Part shown: positions 1 to 9,972 of the stretch, in pieces
Layout of the letters: each line of letters opens with the position of its first letter
How positions within the stretch are numbered: position 1 is the first letter of the stretch
Origin: an uncultured Gemmataceae bacterium
GTDB lineage: Bacteria; Planctomycetota; Planctomycetia; Gemmatales; Gemmataceae
Length of the DNA: 64,000 bases
NCBI GenBank assembly: GCA_963750165.1
Contig: CAVVPN010000004.1
Span: 960,001 to 1,024,000 of the forward strand
Reading direction: 5' to 3'
The notes under the pieces: model-generated
Told to the model about the DNA's origin: nothing
Seen by the model: the letters and a program-made list of their open reading frames with translations, nothing else
The model's database searches: none
Made by a program: the position numbers and the translations under genes

Positions 1-409
1 CGATGTCGATCAGCAGGGCGTTCGTGCCGCCGACGTAGCGTCCTGCGAACTCGGCCAGCGCCAGCCAGTTGGCGGCGGCCATTTGCAGCGGCTCCGCGGC
101 GGCGCCGTCCAGGTCCACGAACCGCCCTGCATTGGTCCAGCAGCGCACCGCCCGGCCTTCCGCCGCCGACTGCACCGCGGCGAGAATCGCATGGACACCT
201 TCACGGCGCGTGGCGAAGCAGTCGCACAGTTCGCCGGTCATGGTGACCGCCAGGGTGTCACAGGCCGGCAGACGGCGCAGCAGCGCCCGCAGCGCCTCGG
301 GCAGGCGGTCGGGCTGTTTCCACAACTCGAAGGGTTGCAGACAGACGGCGCCGGTGGCGTGGACCGCCTTGAGGTTGGCGCCGCCGATGTCGAGGCCGAC
401 GACGGTCAC
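1..409 (-). CDS. H4MPT-linked C1 transfer pathway protein (Orf9/MfnF-like, hydantoinase/oxoprolinase family), 5' part; runs off window
   Basis: Manual translation from GTG at 409 (GGAGG upstream): VVGLDIGGANLKAV...LAVTMTGELCDCF...AAANWLA...ALLIDI. Confidence 0.8.
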   Translation of the reverse strand, partial: MTVVGLDIGGANLKAVHATGAVCLQPFELWKQPDRLPEALRALLRRLPACDTLAVTMTGELCDCFATRREGVHAILAAVQSAAEGRAVRCWTNAGRFVDLDGAAAEPLQMAAANWLALAEFAGRYVGGTNALLIDI

Positions 410-419
410 GGTGCCTCCG

Positions 420-992
420 TCACTTCCAGGCCAGCAGGGCGAGGAACGGCAGGGCCGGCCAGATCAGCAGCGCCAGGCCGCAGCCGTGCGTCCACGGCCG
501 GCGGTCGCGCTGGAACAGGTCGAGGACGTTGAGCAGCAGAGCCACCGCGGCCAGCGCCAGCAGCGCGACCGCGTAGCCGACGAGGACCGGTTGCCGGGCG
601 TCCTCCCGCACCTCCTTCGGGGCATCGGGGAACGTTTGCCAGACGACCCAGACCACCAGCGCCAGCGACGCCAGCCAGGCGACGCCCCAGAGCCATTCGG
701 CCGGCGACAGCGTTGCTGGCCGGCCGCGGAGGCGCTGGCCGGTGTAGAACACCGGCCAGAACAGTTGCACGCCGAGCGGCAAAAACGGCAGTGTCGGCAG
801 CACTTTCAGGACCTCGGCAGGCACCTCTGCCGGGGCGTGTTCGAGCTTGGCGGTCTGGTAGCCGGCCAGTTCCACGAGGTAGAGCGACAGGGCGACCCCG
901 AGGAAGATGAGGAAAAAGTCGAGGCGCGTCGGTGGTGGCGCGGCCGGGGCGGCGCGCGGGGCGGACACGGTGCGGGAGGCTGGCGGATTCAT
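420..992 (-). CDS. Hypothetical multi-pass membrane protein
   Basis: ORF MNPPASRT... with about 5 hydrophobic segments; abuts next gene. Confidence 0.65.
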   Translation of the reverse strand: MNPPASRTVSAPRAAPAAPPPTRLDFFLIFLGVALSLYLVELAGYQTAKLEHAPAEVPAEVLKVLPTLPFLPLGVQLFWPVFYTGQRLRGRPATLSPAEWLWGVAWLASLALVVWVVWQTFPDAPKEVREDARQPVLVGYAVALLALAAVALLLNVLDLFQRDRRPWTHGCGLALLIWPALPFLALLAWK

Positions 993-1040
993 GGTGTGAT
1001 GGTAGCACGGCCGGCGGCGCGCGTGCAAGCGGCAGCACGA

Positions 1041-1115
1041 AGCGCTAAGCCGCAAGCGGCAGAACGACGGGTTCGAGCGCGAAACCCATCTTTCTGCCGC
1101 TTGCGGCTTAGCGCT
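1041..1115. repeat. REP-like inverted repeat, family A
   Basis: 24-bp perfect arms agcgctaagccgcaagcggcagaa (1041-1064) / 1092-1115; a single arm recurs at 11350-11373. Confidence 0.9.
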
Positions 1116-1143
1116 CCCAAACCCTCCTTGGCGGCTCACCATC

Positions 1144-1818
1144 TCACTTCTGCGGTGGCGTAGTCGCGACAAGCTTCGGCACACCCGGCGGGGCCAGCGG
1201 CGGCGGCCCGGTCGGTTGCAGCGTCTGCGGCCCGTTCGGCACCGTCCAGTTCCCCGTTTGCAGCACCGGCGCCGGTCCCGAGGTCGGGTGCGGCAGCGGC
1301 GCCACGTGGGTGGCCGGTAGCGGCACGACCTTTGGCGTCGCCGTGTTCAGCCGGCCGCCGATCTGCGCCAGCAGCTTTTCGCTGACCGGCTTCTCCGGGC
1401 CGGTGGCGCCGAGGCGCTCCGGCACCGTGCGGTCGCCGAGGATGCCCACGCGCACCGCCACCGTGCTGATCGGCCCATCCGCCGGGATTTCACTCAGCCG
1501 CGTCTTGACCGTGATGTTCACGGGTTGGCCCCCGCCGGTCATGGTCTCCAGTTCGGCGGTGTCGATGCCGGTGCGCTCCTTGGTGATGGTCATGCCGAAG
1601 TCCACCAGCGCCAGTTTGGTCGCGGCGTACGTCTGGGCGAAGTCGGCGCCCTTGTACTCGCGCTCGACAACGCCGCTCAGGTAAGCGAAGCCGGCGGCGC
1701 CGCCGGCGACGACCGCGCTGCCCACCGCTGCCGCGATACAGCCGCTGCTGGTCAGCGCCAGCAGGCCCACCAGGCCGTAGCCCCACCGTGTAAACCGTCG
1801 TTGACCGCGTGCGCCCAT
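1144..1818 (-). CDS. DUF3568-like lipoprotein
   Basis: Lipobox-like TSSGC, Gly/Ala-rich AAAVGSAVVAGGAAGFAY, Pro-rich tail. Confidence 0.65.
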   Translation of the reverse strand: MGARGQRRFTRWGYGLVGLLALTSSGCIAAAVGSAVVAGGAAGFAYLSGVVEREYKGADFAQTYAATKLALVDFGMTITKERTGIDTAELETMTGGGQPVNITVKTRLSEIPADGPISTVAVRVGILGDRTVPERLGATGPEKPVSEKLLAQIGGRLNTATPKVVPLPATHVAPLPHPTSGPAPVLQTGNWTVPNGPQTLQPTGPPPLAPPGVPKLVATTPPQK

Positions 1819-1966
1819 TGGCCCCTCCTTTGTGAACCAACCGGGCCGCAGGATAGCGTCTGGCCCGGCGGTGACAATGCCAAGTTCTCCCGGGCGCGCG
1901 GCGCGATGGTTCCGTAGAATAGCAGTGGGAATTCGCCCTTTTCCGCACTCACGGCTCGCACACGAC

Positions 1967-4835
1967 ATGGCACGTTACCTGATCGGCATCGACCTCGGCA
2001 CCACCAACAGCGCCCTGGCCTACATCGACCTGCCGCGCTGGAAGGCGCGCGGCAGCGCCGTGCCGGAGATCCAGAAGTTCGCCGTCCCGCAGCTGGTCAA
2101 CGCCGGCGAGGTAGCGCCGCGGCCGCTGCTGCCGTCGTTCCTGTACCTGCCGGGGCCGCACGACCTGCCCCCCGGCGTCACCGCGCTGCCCTGGGACGCC
2201 CAGCCGCCGCACGTCATCGGCGAGTTCGCCCGCAATCACGGCAGCCGCATCCCTGGCCGTCTCGTCACCTCCGCCAAGTCCTGGCTATGCCACGCCGGCG
2301 TTGATCGCTCCGCGCCGCTGCTGCCCTGGAGCGCCCCGCCCGATGTGCCGCGGCTGTCGCCCGTCGAGGTCTCCGGCCGCTACCTGCGGCACTTTGTCGA
2401 TGCCTGGAACGAGGTAATGGCCAGGAACGACCCCGAGGCGCGGCTGGAGAAGCAGACGGTGGTGCTGACGGTGCCGGCATCCTTCGACGACGTGGCCCGG
2501 ACACTGACGGTCGAGGCGGCGCGCAAGGCGGGGCTGGAGAACCTGACGCTGCTGGAGGAGCCGCAGGCCGCGTTCTACTGCTGGTTGGCGACGCACTCGG
2601 CGCGAGGCGGCGGCGCTGAAGCCGGGGGCGCACTGCCTCGTCGTGGACGTGGGCGGCGGCACCAGCGACTTCAGTCTGATCCAGGCGACCGAGCAGCAGG
2701 GCGAGCTGTCGTTCGTGCGCCAGGCGGTCGGCGACCATTTGCTGCTGGGCGGCGACAACATGGACCTGGCACTGGCGAAGTTCGTGGAGGGCCGGCTGCC
2801 GCAGGCCGGCAAACTCGACGCGGCCCAGTACGGCCTGTTGACGCAGGCGTGCCGGCAGGCCAAGGAGACGCTGCTGGGGCCGCAGCAGCCGGCTTCGTAC
2901 CCGGTAACGGTGATGGGCCGCGGTCGCTCGGTCATCGGCGGGGTGCTGACCACGGCGCTGACGACCGCGGACGTGCGGCAGGTGATCCTGGACGGCTTCT
3001 TCCCGCAGGTCGGCCGCGACGAGGAGACGCAGCGCGGCGCCCGCGTTGGCCTGCACGAGATGGGGCTGCCCTACGTCAACGACCCGGCGATCACGCGGCA
3101 CCTGGCGGAGTTTCTGCGGCGGCACGCGCGCGAAGTGCAGAGCGGCGGCGCCGTGGCGCCGGAGGCGATTCTGTTCAACGGCGGCGTCTTCCAGCCGGCG
3201 AGCCTGCGCGAGCGCGTCATCGAGGTGATGCGGCACTGGTACGCGACGCCGCCGCAGGACTGGCAACCGCTGGTGCTGACGAACCCATCGCTCGACCTGG
3301 CCGTGGCGTGGGGGGCGGCGCACTTCGCCTGGCTGAAGCACATCGGCGGCAAACGCATCGGCGGCGGCATTGCCCGCTCCTACTACGTCGGTGTCGAGGC
3401 CGGCGCCGCCCCGACGGCGGACGCTCTCACCGTCGTCTGCGTGGTGCCGCAGCACCTGGAGGAGGGCCGCGAGGTGGCGCTGCCGCGGCCGGAACTGGAA
3501 CTGGCACTGGGCCAACCGGTCGCGTTTCCGCTGTTCACGTCCACGGTGCGGGCCGACGACAAACCGGGCGATTTGTTGCACGTTTCGCCAGAACAGCTCT
3601 GGCAGCTGCCGCCGCTGCACACGATCCTGCGCGGCGGCAAACGCAGCGGCACCCGGCGCGTGCCGGTGACGCTCGCGGCCCGCAGCACGGAAATCGGCAC
3701 GCTGGAGATCTACTGTGTCGCGAAAGAAGGTGACAACCGCTGGCGGCTGGAGTTCAACGTCCGCGACATCGTCAAGGGCTCCGCGGCGGCGCCGGCGGCG
3801 GCCGCGGACGATGACGGCAAGGCGACGGTCACGGACGTGTGGCCGGAGGAGCAGGTGCAGGCGGCGGCCCAGCAACTCCGCGCCGCCTATGTCCCCACTG
3901 TTGGAGCCGGGTCGGGTGACCCGGCCCCCGCGCCGCAGGAGTTGACGAAGGCGCTGGAAACGGCGCTGGACGCGCCGCGCAGCCAGTGGCCGACGGGCCT
4001 GTGCCGGCGGTTGTGGGACTTCCTTGCGGAGGTCGCCGAGCACCGCCGCCGGTCACCGCAGCACCTGAGCCGCTGGTATCACCTGGTCGGCTTCGTGCTG
4101 CGGCCGGGCTTCGGTGATTCGCTGGATAAATTCCGCGTCGAGCAGCTGTGGAAACTGACGGCGACGCCGCCGCGCACCACCGCCGGGGGTGGGAATGTAC
4201 CGCGTCCGCCGGAGAGCGGCGCGGACTTCTGGATCATGTGGCGGCGCGTGGCGGGCGGCCTGAACGCGCAGTTACAGGCGGCGCTGCTGAACCGGCTGCG
4301 GCCGGCGCTGCTGCCGGCCAAGGGCAAGGCGGCGGTCAAGCCGGCGGCGAACGAGCTGGCGGAGATGTGGCGCACGGCCGCGAGCCTGGAGCGCGTGGAC
4401 GTGAAGCAAAAGGAGCAGCTGGGCCAGGCGTTGCTGAAGCCGCTGCGGCGCAGTCCGGTGCCGACCTACGGCTTCTGGGCGCTGACGCGGCTGGGGGCGC
4501 GGCGGCTGCTGTATGGGCCGCTCAACGGCGTGGTGCATCCGCACGTTGTCGAAAGTTGGCTGGACCAGATCGTCAGCTTCGAGCCGGGCAACCAGAGCGA
4601 GCGTGCGGGCTGGCTGTTCTGCCTGGCGCAGCTGGCGCGGCAGAGCGGCCAGCGGGCGCTGGACATCGACGACAGTCACCGCAAGTCGGTGCTGACGGTG
4701 CTGCACAACGAGAAGGCGCGTGAGCATCTGGTGCGCATGGTGGAGGAGGTGCTGGAGCTGGAGGGCGAGGAGCAGAGCGAACTGTTCGGCGAGGCGCTGC
4801 CGATCGGGCTGCGGCTGCTGCCGGCGGCGGAGTGA
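1967..4835 (+). CDS. Hsp70/DnaK-family protein with C-terminal DUF3731-like extension; frameshift near 2600 (probable sequencing indel)
   Basis: IGIDLGTTNS, LTVPASFD, EEPQAAF in the first frame; DVGGGTSDFS, LLLGGDNMD, LRPGFG in the second frame. Confidence 0.85.
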
Positions 4836-4848
4836 GCGGGGGCGGACG

Positions 4849-5163
4849 ATGGGACCAGGCAAACGGCGGAAGCGGTTATTGAAGCAAGCCCGCCAGGTTC
4901 CGGTGGAGGCGGTGGAGGCGTTCTTGCTACCCCGCCCCGGCGCGCATCCGGGTTACTTCGTCCTGCAACAACATGGGGCTGAATTGCTCTGCGTCTTTCG
5001 TGGTTTCCAGAACGGTGCTGAAGTCCTCATTGAGGATGATGTGTTCTATCAAGCCTGTTGCAATTACCTCAAGGAGCGTGGTGTTGTCTTCGAGACGCCG
5101 GAAAGTGCGACGCTCTACGCCCAGGAACGGGGATTGATCGATTTCGATGATCAGGAAGCGTAA
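4849..5163 (+). CDS. Hypothetical protein, lower GC
   Basis: ORF MGPGKRRKRLLKQ... fills the gap between co-directional genes. Confidence 0.5.
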   Translation: MGPGKRRKRLLKQARQVPVEAVEAFLLPRPGAHPGYFVLQQHGAELLCVFRGFQNGAEVLIEDDVFYQACCNYLKERGVVFETPESATLYAQERGLIDFDDQEA

Positions 5164-5174
5164 AGGAACGAGCT

Positions 5175-5891
5175 ATGCCGCTACGCGATCATTTTCACCT
5201 ACCCCTGCGCGGCCTTTGCACCTGGGAGAGTTTTCACAGCGGCTGGGCGCTCGAGATCGTGCGCCAATTGAACCGCACGCTGCCGGCGAACTACGTGGCA
5301 CGCCCCAACGTGAAATTGGGTGTCGTCGTCGGCCCCGACGTGGGCACGCTACAGCAACCCGGCGACACAGCCACCGAGGACGCGGGCGGTGTTTCAACCG
5401 CGGTTTGGGCGCCGCCCCGGCCGACCCTTTCCGTTGACGTTGATTTCCACAGCGCTGACGTGTTCGAGGTCCAGGTCCACCGCGAGGGTGGGTTGGAACT
5501 CGTCGCTGCCGTCGAGTTGGTCAGTCCGCGGAACAAGGACCGGCCGACCGCGCGCCACCAGTTCGCGACGAAATGCGCGGCCTATCTCCAGGCGGGGGTG
5601 TCGGTCATCGTGGTGGACGTGGTGACGGAGCGGCGTCAGAATTTGTACACGCTGTTGCTGGAACAACTCGATCTGGCACCCGACGAGCATGCGCCGGGAG
5701 ACCTGTACGCCGTCGCCTGCCGCACGACGCCCCCCGATGAACCCGGCCGTCTGGAAACCTGGGTCGAGGCTCTCGCCCTGGGGACACCGCTGCCGACCTT
5801 GCCGCTGTGGCTGGAGACCGATTTCGCGGTGCCGCTCGACCTGGAGCGCAGTTACGAATCGACGTTCATTGAGTTGCGCGTCGCCGTTTGA
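5175..5891 (+). CDS. DUF4058-family protein (Uma2-like nuclease fold)
   Basis: MPLRDHFH..WESFHSGW, LVAAVELVSPRNKDR, LPTLPLWL, LDLERSY. Confidence 0.8.
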   Translation: MPLRDHFHLPLRGLCTWESFHSGWALEIVRQLNRTLPANYVARPNVKLGVVVGPDVGTLQQPGDTATEDAGGVSTAVWAPPRPTLSVDVDFHSADVFEVQVHREGGLELVAAVELVSPRNKDRPTARHQFATKCAAYLQAGVSVIVVDVVTERRQNLYTLLLEQLDLAPDEHAPGDLYAVACRTTPPDEPGRLETWVEALALGTPLPTLPLWLETDFAVPLDLERSYESTFIELRVAV

Positions 5892-5942
5892 GGTGCTGTT
5901 GACCGGCGCCGCAGAGATCGGGGAACAATTGCTCCAGCAGGT

Positions 5943-6284
5943 TCATCGGTGATACCCGTGCTGCCGCCCCCAGGCCAGCCAGCGCCTCGGCCACCTTCCG
6001 AATCTGCCCCTCTTCCTCGGGCGGCACCGGCTGTTCCCCGGTGATGGCGACCAGCGCGCTCGACAGGTGCCCGTCCCGCGTCTGTTCCAGGTCATGGAAC
6101 AAGAACGGCAGGGCAGCTGCGCCCAGGGCAATCAACTCCAGGTAAACTGGGTGGGCGACCATCGCCGTCGAGGACGAGAGAAAGCCCGTCTGGGCGCGCC
6201 AGGTGGCGAGCAAACGCTCCACCCGTTGCGCCAGCGTCTCTTCCGCCGGGGCGTGGGGGTAGCGGGAACGGAGCCGGTAGACAT
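5943..6284 (-). CDS. Small conserved hypothetical protein (...WLAWGRQHGY-type C-terminus); two 1-nt frameshifts (~6250, ~5985)
   Basis: GAGGA RBS then ATG at 6284; TGFLSSSTAMVAHPVYLELIALG...ALVAITGEQPVPPEEEGQI...WLAWGRQHGYHR*. Confidence 0.6.
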
Positions 6285-6529
6285 CGGTTTTCCTCAAGCG
6301 TTTGGCATTCCTCCACCGGGATTATACCCGCCGCGCTGCCGCCACGGCAGTGCAGATACCGGCGACGTTTTTCCCCGCCGCGACACCCGCCGGCCCGTTT
6401 CCTGGTATAACACTCCGGGGAAGGCCCGCGCCGCGCTGGCCGCCCGGCCGGCGATCATCCCGCATCCAAGGAGACTCGCAACGCTCAAGCACTCCATGTC
6501 GTGCCTGCTCGTCCTGCTGGCGGTCCCGT

Positions 6530-7304
6530 GGGCGGCCGTCGCCGCGCTGCTGGAACGAGGTGACGACAGCCCGGTAGGTGCCGGGCGCGGCCGCCACATG
6601 GATGACACGTGCGTTCCGGTTCGTGGCGCTCACGTCGTCATTCTCGGCCAGTCGGCGGCCCTTCGTGTCCACCAGGATCAGTACGGGTCGAAGGCGGTAC
6701 TCTCCAGGTCCAGGACGTACGTCTTGCCCGCCTGGAATTCCAGCGGGTGCGTCTGCTGCTTGACCTGGGCGGTGAGCTTACCGTTCTGGCGCGTCTCGGC
6801 GAAACGATACCGGGCAGCGGTTTTCTCGTCGAGCAGGTCGCGCTCCAGCTGCCAGGTGGGGAAGGCGGCCTGCAACTCTTTCCGCCACGGGGCGGCCTGC
6901 TCCGGCTTGCCCCACTCCTCGTACAGTTCCGCCAGGTGGTGCAGCGCCTCGGCCAACCGCACCCGTGCCGCCGCCGGCATCGCCTGCTCGCGCTGCTTCA
7001 TGCCCCGATAGCCCTCCAGCAAGCACTTCTCGGCCGCGGCGTATTTCTTCTGGCCGAGCAGGGCGCCGCCGAGCACTGTTTGCAGTTGAAAGGTGGTCCA
7101 GGCGTCGGGGTGGGAATGCTGGCGGATGGCCAGGAATTCGCGCAGGGGGACCTCGGCGGTGGCGTAGGCCCGCGCCCGCAAGAGGTCGTCGAACAACCGG
7201 ATGAGCAGGCTGGCGTACTGCGGGCTGTCCTTGCCCAGCCGCTGGCGCATGCCAGCCACGTAGGCGGCGAGCAGGGGCGCGGCCTGCTGCGGCTGCCCGG
7301 CCTT
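6530..7304 (-). pseudogene. 3' remnant of a TPR/PPC-like-domain protein, probably a Ser/Thr kinase tail
   Basis: TPR-like AEVPLREFLAIR..LGGALLGQKKYAAAEKCLLEGY, then GKTYVLDLESTAFDPY/LILVD..LAENDD..GTYRAVVTSF across a frameshift at ~6680; no start, cut by a repeat element. Confidence 0.6.
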
Positions 7305-7589
7305 AGAGCGGTTCGCAGACGACTGTAGCGATCGTGTCTTTCGCCCCGAAGGGGCGGGACAACTTAGCCCAGGGCAACGCCCTGGGAACCAGGGAGGCGA
7401 CTGTTACCCTGCTTTCTTCCGTGCCCTGAAGGGGCACCACAACAACGCTTGGGGTGCCCCTTCAGGGCACGGAAGAGAGTCGCATCGGCGTCCCCAGGGC
7501 GTTGCCCTGGGCTAAGTTGTCCCGCCCCTTCGGGGCGAAGAACCCGCCACACCCGAACGCAACGCGCGCTGAATATGAACAATCGCCAG
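7303..7589. mobile_element. MITE-like element carrying nested REP palindromes (family B)
   Basis: End ttagagcggttcgca; 47-bp perfect IR 7340-7386/7493-7539; inner 24-bp IR 7415-7438/7453-7476; degenerate other end tgaacaatcgccag. Confidence 0.65.
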
Positions 7590-7977
7590 GCAGCGCCAGC
7601 AGGTCGTCAGGGGCGTTGTCGGCCGCGGCGACCTCGCCCAACTGGACGCGGCGGCGGGCGCCGCCGTGCTTCGCGGTCTGCTTGCGGCGGGCGTTGTCGA
7701 TGAGGACACGGCGCATGGCCTCGGCCGCGGCGGCGAAGAAGTGGCCGCGGTGGTCCCAGCGCGGCTCCTCCCCCCGCTCACGCAGGGGGCTCGCCACCAG
7801 GCGCAGGTACGCTTCGTGAACCAGGGCCGTGGCGTCCAGCGTCTGCCCGGGGCGCTCCAGGGCCAGGCGCTGTGCCGCCAGCTGGCGCAGCTGGTCGTAG
7901 ACCAGCGGCAGCAGTTCGCCGGCGGCGTGCGGGTCTCCCTGTTCCAGGGCGTTCAGCAGACGCGTCACCTCGGTCAT
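7590..7977 (-). pseudogene. ECF sigma factor (TIGR02999 type), 3'-truncated
   Basis: MTEVTRLL..ELLPLVYDQLRQLA..GQTLDATALVHEAYLRL..HFFAAAAEAMRRVLID..DDLLAL; region 4 absent, replaced by the repeat. Confidence 0.8.
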
Positions 7978-8053
7978 GCGACCCAGGATAACAGCGATTC
8001 AGCAGACCGGCAATGGGTTCGTCGAGGGGGCAGGAGAGGCGGGTCGGTTGCGG

Positions 8054-8989
8054 TCACGCCTCCCAGCCGGGCAGGAACGGTTGATAGAACGATGGCGGCG
8101 GCGGGGCGGAGCGGGGGCGCGGCGGCGAGCGGCGCCGCGCGGGCCGGGGCGCCGGCGTGCCGACCGTCAGCGTCGGGCCGGCCTGGTCCTGCGCGGCGGT
8201 GTGGACCTCGACGGTCGCTTCGGCTGCGGCCAGCGCCTCCCGCGCCACGGTCTGCGCCAGCGCCGGCCGGTTGCAGTCGCGGCTCAGGTGCAGTTGCACC
8301 AAATGCCGCAGCCGGCCCGGCTCCGAGTGCCGCAGCACCTCACGCACCAGCGCCGCCGCCTGGACGTTCGACAGATGGCCGTCGTCGCCGAGCACCCGGG
8401 CCACCAACTGCGGCGACCGGCCGCTGGCCCGCTCCAGCGCCACGTCATGGTTGAACTCCAGGGCCAGCACGTCCGCGTCGGCCATCGCCTGCGCCAGCTC
8501 GGGGTGCCAGCAGCCGAGGTCCGCGGCGTACACCAGCACGACCGACTGACGGAACAGGTCCGTGGCGCCCTCGAAGCGGAAGCCACACGTCAGGCCGCCG
8601 TCGTGCCGCAGTCGCAGCGGCCGGCAGGTTAGCGTCGGCGCCAGCGTCAACTCCTCGCCGACGGCGTAGTCGCGCACCAGGCCGGCGGCCTGCAACTTCG
8701 GGAAGGCCGGGCAGTACGTCCGCAGCACGGCGTGGTGTTCGGGGTGGCAATACAGGGGGATGTTGAGTTTGAGCAGGTGGGAGAGTGTGGTCTGGTTCCA
8801 GTGGTCGCTGTGGGTGTGCGTCAGCAGAATGGCGCGGACGGCCTTCCAGGTAGCGCGGGCCGACGCCAGGCGGGCGGCCAGCTGCCGCGGTCCCAGGCCC
8901 ACGTCGAGCAGGACGCCGAAACCGTCCGCGTCCAGCAGACTCGCGTTGCCACCACTCCCACTGGCCAGCACGGTGAACTGCAACGGCAT
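8054..8989 (-). CDS. MBL-fold metallo-hydrolase (YycJ/WalJ-like)
   Basis: VLASGSGGNA, THTHSDH, LEFNHD, GHLSN, HLSRDCN. Confidence 0.85.
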   Translation of the reverse strand: MPLQFTVLASGSGGNASLLDADGFGVLLDVGLGPRQLAARLASARATWKAVRAILLTHTHSDHWNQTTLSHLLKLNIPLYCHPEHHAVLRTYCPAFPKLQAAGLVRDYAVGEELTLAPTLTCRPLRLRHDGGLTCGFRFEGATDLFRQSVVLVYAADLGCWHPELAQAMADADVLALEFNHDVALERASGRSPQLVARVLGDDGHLSNVQAAALVREVLRHSEPGRLRHLVQLHLSRDCNRPALAQTVAREALAAAEATVEVHTAAQDQAGPTLTVGTPAPRPARRRSPPRPRSAPPPPSFYQPFLPGWEA

Positions 8990-9071
8990 CCGCATCCCCT
9001 CAAAAATCCTTTCCGCTCATGGTACAATGCCGGCCGGCCCGTGTCAGGAGCAACCGCGCAGGAGCCTCGTC

Positions 9072-9860
9072 GTGGACCATCTTCCCCCCCATCATGCCAC
9101 CGAACGCTTCACGGGGTTAGCCCAGTTGTACGCGCAGAGCCGGCCCGGCTACCCCGCCGCGGCCCTCGACCACCTGCTGACGCGCTGCGGACTCCGCCCC
9201 GGGGCGGTGGCGGTGGACGTCGGCTGCGGCACCGGCATCTCCAGCCGACTCCTGGCGGAGCGCGGCCTGCGCGTCGTCGGCATCGAACCCAACGCCGACA
9301 TGCGCCGCCAGGCGGAGGCGTCCACCGAAGCGTTGCCGCCGGGCGTGCCGGCCCCGGAGTACCGCGACGGCCGGGCGGAGGCGACGGGGCTGCCCGAAGG
9401 CGCGGCCGACGTGGTGGTGGCGGCCCAGGCGTTTCACTGGTTCGACGCCGACCGGGCGCTGCGCGAGTTCCACCGCATACTGAAGCCGGGCGGCTGGGTG
9501 GCGCTGCTGAACTACGAGCGCGACGAGACGGACGCCTGCACGGCGGCGTTCGGGGCGGTGCTGGGCGGGACGCCGGAGGCGGCGGCCGTCGAGGGGCCGC
9601 GGGCTCGCGCCGCGGAAGCGCTGTTGACGCACGCGCGGTTCACGGACGCGGAGCGGCGCGTCTTCGGCGACCGGCAGGAGCTGGACGAGGAGGGCTTGCT
9701 GGGGCGGGCGTTCTCGGCGTCGTACGCGCCGAAGGAACCGGCGACTGTGGAGCGGTTCGCGGTGGACCTGCGAGCGGTGTTCGCGCGCTACCAGCAGAGC
9801 GGCCGGGTGACGCTGCGCTACGCCACGGCGGTGTTCAGCGCCCGGCGGCGCGGCGACTGA
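9072..9860 (+). CDS. Class I SAM-dependent methyltransferase
   Basis: YAQSRPGYP, DVGCGTGISS, IEPNADM, AQAFHWFD. Confidence 0.85.
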   Translation: MDHLPPHHATERFTGLAQLYAQSRPGYPAAALDHLLTRCGLRPGAVAVDVGCGTGISSRLLAERGLRVVGIEPNADMRRQAEASTEALPPGVPAPEYRDGRAEATGLPEGAADVVVAAQAFHWFDADRALREFHRILKPGGWVALLNYERDETDACTAAFGAVLGGTPEAAAVEGPRARAAEALLTHARFTDAERRVFGDRQELDEEGLLGRAFSASYAPKEPATVERFAVDLRAVFARYQQSGRVTLRYATAVFSARRRGD

Positions 9861-9876
9861 CGCCGGCTGAGGACGC

Positions 9877-9972
9877 CTGGAGCGGTTCACGAATGGCAGG
9901 CGCACACGACGTGGCACGGCTCTGGAGAGCCGTGCCACGGTTTGTGGTCCACGCGCTGGCGAACCGCGCTAG
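9877..9972. mobile_element. MITE-like element with internal palindrome (family C)
   Basis: Ends ctggagcggttcac ... gcgaaccgcgctag; internal 14-bp stem cgtggcacggctct/agagccgtgccacg; terminal CTAG contains the stop codon of the LptF/G gene. Confidence 0.65.
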
